NCBI RefSeq assembly: GCF_003044035.1
Contig: NZ_NVQC01000009.1
Span: forward strand, 120,001 to 152,000
Direction of reading: 5' to 3'
Source of the DNA: Candidatus Methylomirabilis limnetica
GTDB lineage: Bacteria; Methylomirabilota; Methylomirabilia; Methylomirabilales; Methylomirabilaceae
DNA length: 32,000 nucleotides
Every line of letters starts with the position of its first letter. The first letter of the stretch is position 1. Position numbers and translations under genes: made by a program. The notes beneath the pieces were generated by a model. That model ran no database searches. It was not told where the DNA came from and worked only from the letters and a program-made list of their open reading frames with translations. Positions 7,988-16,780 of the stretch are shown here, in pieces.

Positions 7988-8166
7988 TAGGGACAGACAC
8001 TATTATTGTGCATGAATCGGTGTTCCAGAGGGCCGTCAAAGAGGCAAGGCTCAGGGCTGGCATAGAAAATATGGACAGCGACTATTTGTTTGGATTTGCC
8101 TGCATCGGCTGATAACCAGGGCATCAACTCGGACACGGCTTCGCCGCGTCGGTTATGCCCGCCGTT
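7985..8166 (+). repeat. Boundary repeat unit (hairpin motif, recombinase-like fragment, second hairpin motif, type B arm)
   Basis: The unit is collinear with 14288..14472. Its last ~100 nt are also collinear with 17941..18042. Homology ends at GCCCGCCG|TT (8158-8166). Confidence 0.85.
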
Positions 8167-8284
8167 CTCCCTTCGCTTCGCTCATGGAGAACGCGGGGCT
8201 GAGCCGGTGCCCCTTCCCTCCGCTCCGCTACGGGAGAACCAGGGGCACGAAACCGACCGCTTCGCGGCGGCTCAGCCCCGCGTT
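8164..8284 (+). repeat. Palindromic boundary repeat type C (attC-like mini-unit), copy 2
   Basis: GTTCTCC (8164-8170) is complementary to GGAGAAC (8186-8192). The perfect 17-nt arms AACGCGGGGCTGAGCCG (8190-8206) and CGGCTCAGCCCCGCGTT (8268-8284) pair with each other. An inner stem is GTGCCCCT/AGGGGCAC. Confidence 0.85.
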
Positions 8285-8348
8285 AGCTGACTTGTGCGAT
8301 TGCTTCGCGATCACAGTTCGTTCTGGTTAGACAAAGTGATTCAGAAAA

Positions 8349-8365
8349 TGGAATGTTTCATTCCA
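8349..8365. promoter_or_regulatory. Inverted repeat upstream of katG, candidate operator
   Basis: TGGAATG-TTT-CATTCCA lies about 40 nt upstream of the katG ATG. The regulator is unknown. Confidence 0.25.
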
Positions 8366-8376
8366 CGCAGCCGTAG

Positions 8377-10602
<2,226 letters not shown>

Positions 10603-10609
10603 GCGTGGT

Positions 10610-11085
10610 ATGAGCGTTTTCGAGGGCTTCACAGGACGGCAGAAGCGGTCAGCTAACAGCCGGTTCCAGCGGACGGCGCTGCGCGCCGCCGCTGAACCGG
10701 AACGTTGGGCGGCGTGCGGGCATCTGCCTGAGCCGAATGGGAGAACCGTCATCCCGACACTCCACCTGATGTGTGGCCTTCCGTGCTCGGGGAAGACAAC
10801 GCTTGCAAGGCAACTGGCGTCCACGCATCGTGCGGTCCGGCTAACGCCAGACGAGTGGCACACGCGCCTGTTTGGCCAAGATGCGGATTCACCCGAGCAC
10901 GATGTTCGGCACAGCGTCGTAGAGTCGCTCCAGTGGGAGGTCGCCGTCCAGGTGCTTTACCAGAACGTAGACGTGATTCTGGACTTCGGATTCTGGAGCA
11001 AGAGCGAGAGGGAAGACTACCGATCGAGAGGGGATGAGATCGGAGCAGAGATGCGCATTCACTACCTGAATGTGCCCGAGAAAAA
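10610..11085 (+). pseudogene. P-loop kinase (AAA_33/zeta-toxin-like), 3'-truncated by module A
   Basis: The Walker A motif is MCGLPCSGKTTLARQL. The native sequence ends at ...IHYLNVPEK, where GAGAAAAATAGGGACAG begins. The stop codon lies inside the repeat (tracked ORF end 11110). The start codon is uncertain. Confidence 0.55.
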
Positions 11086-11375
11086 TAGGGACAGACACTA
11101 TTTATCGTGACAATTCGTGGTGTTGACGGTCATGATCGTGCATGCCACGGATTACCCGAACCGTTGCATCCGGCCACCCGTAGTCTGTGAGGCAACGGGT
11201 GAATGATCGCCAGGCGATCTTTCGAAACGATAGCGATTCGAATGCGTAAGATGACATAGCGGCCACTGCAAATAGACGGGGTCATCTGGGAGGTGCGCAG
11301 GAAACTGGATGAGTAATACACGTGTTGCAGAGGGGAGCACCAAGAAAGGATTTCAATAAATAGTGTCTGCCCCTA
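11081..11375 (+). mobile_element. Module A, solitary copy (290 nt, bounded by inverted repeats)
   Basis: The ends are TAGGGACAGACACTATT (11086-11102) and AATAGTGTCTGCCCCTA (ending at 11375). The interior is collinear with 7073-7362 and 16226-16517. No intron 5' or 3' parts flank this copy. Confidence 0.8.
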
Positions 11376-11573
11376 TATCCGAACGGTGGCGTTGCCGCTC
11401 CGCTGCGGCGGAATGGCAACGCCGAGCGGATCAAGGATCCGCTGGCTGGCCTCCACTTCGCTACGGTCAACCAGCGGATCTAGTGGACTACAGCTCAGCC
11501 GAGCAAGCTCGGCTCCGCTTCCGCCGCTCATCCGCGCGGTATTAGGCCGATTTTTAGTTGAAAGGAGCGATCC

Positions 11574-11717
11574 ATGAACCGTCAGTTCCCAATTCTTTCC
11601 GCCCTCTCGGTTGTTCCTCGAGCCCTTGGATGGCTCGTGCTCGCCGGTGGGGTTGAGTGGGGTTGGAAGTTCCTCTCTCCCCCTTGCCGGCGTCTCCGTA
11701 GTCATCGCCGCGGATGA
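11574..11717 (+). CDS. Possible 47-aa hydrophobic peptide
   Basis: A strong RBS (AAAGGAG) lies 7 nt before the ATG. The product is MNRQFPILSALSVVPRALGWLVLAGG.... I recognise no homology, and the ORF is too short for the ORF track. Confidence 0.2.
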   Translation: MNRQFPILSALSVVPRALGWLVLAGGVEWGWKFLSPPCRRLRSHRRG

Positions 11718-11788
11718 AATCGCCTATGGTTAGAACCATCGAATGTTCGCGCCGATTCCTCTGGCACGGTGCCTGCTTCTTCTCGGGC

Positions 11789-14251
11789 ATGGACCGAATC
11801 GCGCTCACCATCGCAATCGTCGTCGCTGCTCTCGGATCGGCGCACGCGACACCGCCCGTCGTCCCCGAGCCCGCGCCGATGTGCGTCGAGAACCCGCTCG
11901 AAGGCATGGAGCGGCCGCTCCGCGATACCTCCGAGTGCCCGAGCTTAGCGGCGACGGTCCGCACGATCCGCGCGGTCGCCGCCGAGTTCTTCAAGGACTG
12001 CTCGCTCGATCGCCCCGAGGTCGGGAGGAAATACTCGGAGATCGCCTCGCGCTACGTCGGCATGCCGCCGCAGACGGGTCTGCCAATGATGGTCGCCGAG
12101 TTCGCCTCCGAGGTCGGCAGTGACGGAACGCGCTGCGCGATCCGCGCCGTCGTCAAGGAGGGGTTGCCGGTCAGCAGCGAGACGCGGGAGCAGCTCGTAT
12201 CGGTCGTCAACGGGTTCTTCGAGGCGCAGGACGTCAAGGATCTCTTCGAAGACATCGCCGAGAGCGCGCCGCTGACCGCGGCCGCCAACTTAAAGCGCGA
12301 CGAGCTCTCCAGGAAGTTCGCCAACGAGCTGAACGACCGGGTCGCGGCGTCCGAGGAGCTCCGCGGGAACGCCAACGATTTTCAGTCGCTGAGAGCGAAG
12401 GTCATCTGGGCTATCACGGACGATTCGGCCCGGGCGCGTGCCGCACTCGGCGCGGTCGAGGAGTCGCTCGTTACGTGCAGGGTCGTGGAGGCGGCCAAGA
12501 GCCTCTCCGAAGCCGTAGCGGCCGGCCAGCGCGCCTTGCAAGGCGCGCGGCGCGAGATCCGTGCTTCCGAGAGGGCCGCGGAATGCGCGGAGATCAACCT
12601 TCGACTACAGTACGGCGAGGCCTGGAACCTACAACAAGCGGTCATCGCCGGACCGACGCTCGACCAGTATCGGAGCGTCGTGGCTGCGATCCAGAGGTTG
12701 AAGCAGGACGAAAAGGCGCTCGACGCGTTGCTGCGGCGAGCGGGCGAGAGCTGTCTGCGATTGAAGCAGCAGGTCGGGGTCCGCGACCGGCTGGTCGCCC
12801 ACCATACCGCCGCGAAGGCCCGCGCCATGGCTGCGATCGACGGACGCGCCTGCGACGGCTCGGGGATCGAGGAGGCCGCCGCCACGTTGCGCACTCTGGA
12901 AGGCGCCACCTGCGGCAACCAGGCGAAGCCCGCGGCCAACGAGGTTCTGACCAGGCGCGCGGTGCTCCGCGACGAGCTGCGGCAGAGCGGCGAGTGCAGC
13001 GCGGCGGCGGGCGTGGGTGCGGGCGAGTTCCAGGGCCCGTGGCAATGCCCGCAGCGAGGCACGCTCATGCTCCAGGGAAGCGCAACCGGGGTCAGCGGGT
13101 CGGTGAGCGGCCGCCCAGGCGAGCACTGGGGGACGGGCCAACGTGAGGGAGGGCGGATCGGCGGAACCGTGGAGGGCCGCACGCTTCGCTTGACGATGGA
13201 ATCTGGCGACGGGACCACGAGCCGCATGACGGCGACGTTGTCAATGGACGGGCGCACGATGTCCGGCCCTTGGGAGTGGTTCCGCGGCCCCGCCCGATTG
13301 GACGGTGGCACGTGGAGCTGTCAGCGGCCGGCGGGTTACGCCGGCGGAGGGACTGCTGCGGGGAGAGAGACGGCTTCGCGCAGGACCGCTCGGGTGCCCG
13401 ATATGGTCATTCCCGTCGCGGGGCACGTTGCCAGAACCGGCGGCGGAACCGATCCGTATCAGACGCTCACCGTGCGCGCCCACATCGAGCCCGAGCGGAT
13501 CTCGTGGATCGCATGGAATGACCGACGCGACGTCTCGCTCGTCGTCGCGTCGCGGCCGAACCAGAAGCTGCTAGGTCCAGGGGGCTTCGGAACCGACGAC
13601 TACATCGATCTGACCGTCACGGACCCGTTGGGACGCTCGATGACCGTCAAGATGGATCAGAACGACAAGTACGGCGCATCCTACGGGCCACAGAATCTCA
13701 TCCTCGGATCTCGCGCCAACGCGCCCGCCGCCTACCGCAAGATCCCGTTCGGCCCGACGGCGGGCCAGGAGCTGTTCTTCGACCAGGACGGGGCCTTCAA
13801 CTCGCTGTTCACGAAGGCGGGTCAGTACACGTTCACGTTCGCGTTTCGAGACAACGAGGGGGGCAGGACGGGGTATGGGCACACGAGCATCTTCCTCATC
13901 ATCGCCGCCAGGCAGTCGGCACTCGAAGGCACCGCGGCGAGCGGCGCTCCGGTCGCGCCGGGTTCGAAGAGTCTCTCGTTTGGCGGACGCGTGCTCGACG
14001 TGAGGTACGAGCGCCAGACCGATGAGCGAGGCGTACCGATCGATCTCTACTTCTACCGCACGGCAGCGCCCCCGGGCGTTCCCGCACCCGCCGGCGAGGC
14101 CCAGTGGAGCCGCTTCGTGCGCGTTCCGGCGGACGGGGGCGACTCGAGCGAGCCGGCGGTCTGGTGGCACTCGCGCTGGGAATTCGGTCCAAACGGCTGG
14201 ACGTCGATGGGCGAGAAGGACGTCGCGCCGCCGCAAGCGGTGACGCCGTAA
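11789..14251 (+). CDS. Large secreted hypothetical protein (helical/coiled N-terminal half, beta-rich C-terminal half)
   Basis: The signal peptide is MDRIALTIAIVVAALGSAHA. The frame stays open for 820 codons in a very GC-rich stretch. I recognise no domain. Confidence 0.6.
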   Translation: MDRIALTIAIVVAALGSAHATPPVVPEPAPMCVENPLEGMERPLRDTSECPSLAATVRTIRAVAAEFFKDCSLDRPEVGRKYSEIASRYVGMPPQTGLPMMVAEFASEVGSDGTRCAIRAVVKEGLPVSSETREQLVSVVNGFFEAQDVKDLFEDIAESAPLTAAANLKRDELSRKFANELNDRVAASEELRGNANDFQSLRAKVIWAITDDSARARAALGAVEESLVTCRVVEAAKSLSEAVAAGQRALQGARREIRASERAAECAEINLRLQYGEAWNLQQAVIAGPTLDQYRSVVAAIQRLKQDEKALDALLRRAGESCLRLKQQVGVRDRLVAHHTAAKARAMAAIDGRACDGSGIEEAAATLRTLEGATCGNQAKPAANEVLTRRAVLRDELRQSGECSAAAGVGAGEFQGPWQCPQRGTLMLQGSATGVSGSVSGRPGEHWGTGQREGGRIGGTVEGRTLRLTMESGDGTTSRMTATLSMDGRTMSGPWEWFRGPARLDGGTWSCQRPAGYAGGGTAAGRETASRRTARVPDMVIPVAGHVARTGGGTDPYQTLTVRAHIEPERISWIAWNDRRDVSLVVASRPNQKLLGPGGFGTDDYIDLTVTDPLGRSMTVKMDQNDKYGASYGPQNLILGSRANAPAAYRKIPFGPTAGQELFFDQDGAFNSLFTKAGQYTFTFAFRDNEGGRTGYGHTSIFLIIAARQSALEGTAASGAPVAPGSKSLSFGGRVLDVRYERQTDERGVPIDLYFYRTAAPPGVPAPAGEAQWSRFVRVPADGGDSSEPAVWWHSRWEFGPNGWTSMGEKDVAPPQAVTP

Positions 14252-14287
14252 ACAGCGTAAAAATAAAAATAAAATAGGAAAAATAGG

Positions 14288-14472
14288 AATAATAGGGACA
14301 GACACTATTTATCGTGAATGACTCGATGATCCAGAAGGCCGTCAAGGAGGCAAGGCTCAGGGCTGGCATGGAAAATAGGGACAGCGACTATTTGTTTAGA
14401 TTTGCCTGCATCGGCTGATAACCAGGACATCAACTCGGACACGGCTTCGCCACGCCGGTTATGCCCGCCGTT
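14288..14472 (+). repeat. Boundary repeat unit (hairpin motif, recombinase-like fragment, second hairpin motif, type B arm)
   Basis: The unit is collinear with 7985..8166 and ends at GCCCGCCG|TTATGCG (G at 14470). Stuttered partial starts (AAAATAGG AAAAATAGG AATAATAGGG) precede it at 14271-14297. Confidence 0.85.
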
Positions 14473-14551
14473 ATGCGCCTTAAAAATAAATCCTTCAAAT
14501 AATCCAATGAATGTGTATGATATAGTTATATATACACATAGGAGGTAAGGT

Positions 14552-14746
14552 ATGAGAACGAATGTAGTCATAGATGACGATCTGATGGAATCCGCCCTCA
14601 AGGTGTCCGGCCTCAGAACAAAAAAGGATGCCATAGAAGAGGGGTTGAAACTGTTGGTGCAAGTCAAACGCCAGAAAGAAATTAAGCGGTTTCGAGGAAA
14701 ACTCAAATGGTCTGGTAATCTCGACGAGATGAGGTTAGACAAATGA
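14552..14746 (+). CDS. vapB: VapB-family type II antitoxin
   Basis: MRTNVVIDDDLMESALKVSGLRTKKDAIEEGLKLL is typical of the VapB/DUF2191 type. Its stop overlaps the vapC start by 4 nt. Confidence 0.8.
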   Translation: MRTNVVIDDDLMESALKVSGLRTKKDAIEEGLKLLVQVKRQKEIKRFRGKLKWSGNLDEMRLDK

Positions 14747-15138
14747 TTCTCGTTGATTCGTCCGTCTGGATCGACTACTTCAACGGCAATAAAACGTCTC
14801 AGACGGACTGGCTGGACTCTTCACTTGGAAATACACCCATCATCATAGGTGATCTTATCCTAACCGAAGTTCTTCAGGGATTTCAGAACGATAAAGACTT
14901 TAAGACAGCCAGGGATATTCTCTTAGGTATCCCATTTATGTCGATGGGAGGACAGGTATTAGCCCTAGAGAGCGCCATGAACTATAGATTGTTGAGGAGA
15001 AAAGGCGTGACGGTAAGGAAGACCATAGACGTCATGATTGGAACTTTCTGTATCCACCACCAGCAAACATTGTTGCATGATGACAGGGATTTCGATCCGA
15101 TAGTTAAGTTCTTAGGCCTGAAGACAATAGTCACATAA
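14743..15138 (+). CDS. vapC: VapC PIN-domain toxin
   Basis: MILVDSSVWIDYFNG...DLILTEVLQG...HDDRDFD contains the PIN acidic residues in the usual order. Confidence 0.85.
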   Translation: MILVDSSVWIDYFNGNKTSQTDWLDSSLGNTPIIIGDLILTEVLQGFQNDKDFKTARDILLGIPFMSMGGQVLALESAMNYRLLRRKGVTVRKTIDVMIGTFCIHHQQTLLHDDRDFDPIVKFLGLKTIVT

Positions 15139-15316
15139 CCAATCAAACCACCGGACCCTCGTTCCTCGTGCCGGTGATCTTTTCGTTGGCTCGTAAAATG
15201 AATACTGTGGAGAAAAACAAATATGCAGGCACAAAACGAAACATTATCTGAGAGTGCCGCTGAAGGGCGCGTCTCTCAGCGTCGTACTCCAGAACCGTAA
15301 CTAACGGAGGTGACAC

Positions 15317-15793
15317 TTGAAAAATAGGGTTTATATCGAAACTTCGGTTATTAGTTATCTCACGGCACGCCCAAGCAACGACATCCGTGCAATAGCCAAT
15401 CAGAATGTCACCATCGAGTGGTGGGAGACGCAGCGGCTCAATTTCGATTTATTCATATCGGAGTTTGTCGTTGCTGAAGTAAGTCTTGGGCATCCTGACG
15501 CCGTAAAGCGACGTCTTGAGGCAATCGCCGACATTATGGAGCTGGAAGCAACAGAAGAGGTCCGGGTGCCGGGCCAGGAACTTATCCGGCGCAACGTTTT
15601 GCCCGCAAATGCCGAAATTGACGCTTATCATGTGGCTATTGCTACCGTGAACGGCATCGAATATCTTCTGACCTGGAATTGCACTCATATTGCTAATGCT
15701 CATACACGGCCAAAGATTGAGGCCACCTGTCGGGCGCTTGGTTACGAGCCGCCCATCATCTGCACACCGCAAGAACTAACGGAGGAGGTTTAG
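15317..15793 (+). CDS. PIN-like domain protein (toxin-type)
   Basis: The start is TTG with a GGAGGTG RBS. MKNRVYIETSVISYL...AEIDAYHVAIATVNGIEYLLTWNCTHI matches a PIN-like family that is usually paired with a small downstream gene. Confidence 0.65.
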   Translation: MKNRVYIETSVISYLTARPSNDIRAIANQNVTIEWWETQRLNFDLFISEFVVAEVSLGHPDAVKRRLEAIADIMELEATEEVRVPGQELIRRNVLPANAEIDAYHVAIATVNGIEYLLTWNCTHIANAHTRPKIEATCRALGYEPPIICTPQELTEEV

Positions 15794-15795
15794 CT

Positions 15796-16032
15796 ATGTG
15801 GCAAGACCCTATCGTCAAGGAGACGCGTACACTTAGAGAAGAATACGCCAATCAGTTCGATCACAATGCTGACGCGATATTTCAAGACATTTTGCGAAGG
15901 CAAGCCGCATCTGGTAAAAAACTGGTTTCTTTCAAGCATCGCAAACCTGTGCCATCGAAAATTGCAGCAAAACAGGAAAGACCAGTTTCAAGCTTACACA
16001 CTTCAACGGCTGCAATAAAACAGAGCAAATGA
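15796..16032 (+). CDS. Small partner protein of the PIN-like gene (putative antitoxin, reversed gene order)
   Basis: It starts 2 nt after the PIN stop. MWQDPIVKETRTLREEYANQFDHNADAIFQDILRRQAASGKKLVSF resembles small proteins that commonly sit next to such PIN genes. Confidence 0.5.
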   Translation: MWQDPIVKETRTLREEYANQFDHNADAIFQDILRRQAASGKKLVSFKHRKPVPSKIAAKQERPVSSLHTSTAAIKQSK

Positions 16033-16094
16033 GCGAACGTCCAACCAGCGGCTCGACACCGACCGGGCTTCGCCCGGGCAGCTCAGCCCGCCGT
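16033..16094 (+). repeat. Boundary-repeat right arm (type C-like) forming the intron 5' exon
   Basis: ...ACCGACCGGGCTTCGCCCGGGCAGCTCAGCCCGCCGT resembles the right arm of type C (AACCGACCGCTTCGCGGCGGCTCAGCCCCGCGT) and contains the stem CCGGGC/GCCCGG. A weaker relative lies at about 11466-11510. Confidence 0.6.
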
Positions 16095-16220
16095 GTGTGC
16101 CGGGCATGGCACAGAACTGACGGGGTGCAAGTCCCCGTGCCAGGTTTAAGCAGAGCCGAAGGCTAGGAGAAGGGCAAGAGCCTGCCCCGGACTCGATCCG
16201 GGGGCGTCATCGTGAGGTGG

Positions 16221-16517
16221 GAAAATAGGGACAGACGCTATATATTGTGACGAGTCGTGGTGTTTACCGTCATGACCCGCGCCTTGCTACGGATTACCTG
16301 AACCGTTGTACCCGGCCACCCGTATCATGTGATGCAACGAGGGAATGATCACCAGGCGGTCTTTCGGCACGACAGCGATTCGAAGGCACACGATGACAGA
16401 GCGGCCACTACGAAGAGACGGGTTCATCTGGGATGTGCGCAGGAAACTGGACGAGTAATACACATGTTGCAGAGGGGAACACTAAGAAAGGATCTCAATA
16501 AAGAGTGTCTGTCCCTA
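16221..16517 (+). repeat. Module A copy nested in intron domain I
   Basis: The copy runs from GAAAATAGGGACAGACGCTAT... to ...AGAGTGTCTGTCCCTA. The flanking intron sequence GGUGGG/CCCAgCC could close a helix around it, so it appears to sit in a hairpin loop. Confidence 0.8.
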
Positions 16518-16636
16518 TACCCAGCCGGCGAGGTACCAGACTGCGTGCCCGGCATCTGGGATGAACTCGCGGCTGGCGCGCCAGGAGAAGACGCTCCGGT
16601 TGTGATGCGCATACCACCCTGACGGAATCTGCCAAG

Positions 16637-16708
16637 CCGCCGTATACGTGATCCGTATGTACGGTGGTGTGGGAGGGGAGAGGCCGTGAGGACTCCCCCT
16701 GTCCCGAT
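16637..16708 (+). ncRNA. Group II intron domains V and VI
   Basis: Domain V (CCGCCGUAUACGUGAUCCGUAUGUACGGUGG) is identical to the copy at 7487. The domain VI helix differs from the other copy by one apparently compensatory pair. The position of the bulged A is a G here (16701). Confidence 0.8.
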
Positions 16709-16775
16709 TCTCCCTTCCCTCCGCTCCGGGAGAACCATGGGCACGAAACCGACCGCCTTGCGACACATGGGAGCT
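16709..16775 (+). repeat. Degenerate, internally deleted type C repeat (intron 3' exon)
   Basis: TCTCCCTTCCCTCCGCTCCGGGAGAACCATGGGCACGAAACCGACCGCC is type C with a deletion between two CCCTTC direct repeats. The right arm has diverged. Confidence 0.65.
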
Positions 16776-16780
16776 GAAAG

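Larger units (their letters stand above)
16095..16708 (+). mobile_element. ORF-less group IIC intron (614 nt) inserted in a boundary repeat
   Basis: The 5' end is GUGUGCCGGGCAUGG... with a GGGGUGCAAGUCCCC hairpin. CCGGGCA (16100-16106) pairs with UGCCCGG (16546-16552). Domain V is at 16637-16667, domain VI follows, and the intron ends ...CCCGAU at 16708. The flanks GCCCGCCGT|...|TCTCCC reconstitute the uninterrupted site at 8158-8170. There is no reverse-transcriptase ORF. Confidence 0.8.

Noticed and set aside
12382-14305. Minus-strand ORFs of 309 aa and 244 aa, plus several + frame ORFs, inside the 820-aa gene.
   Set aside because: They are the same GC-rich artefact. Their products are Arg/Pro/Ala-rich with no motifs and lack RBSs.
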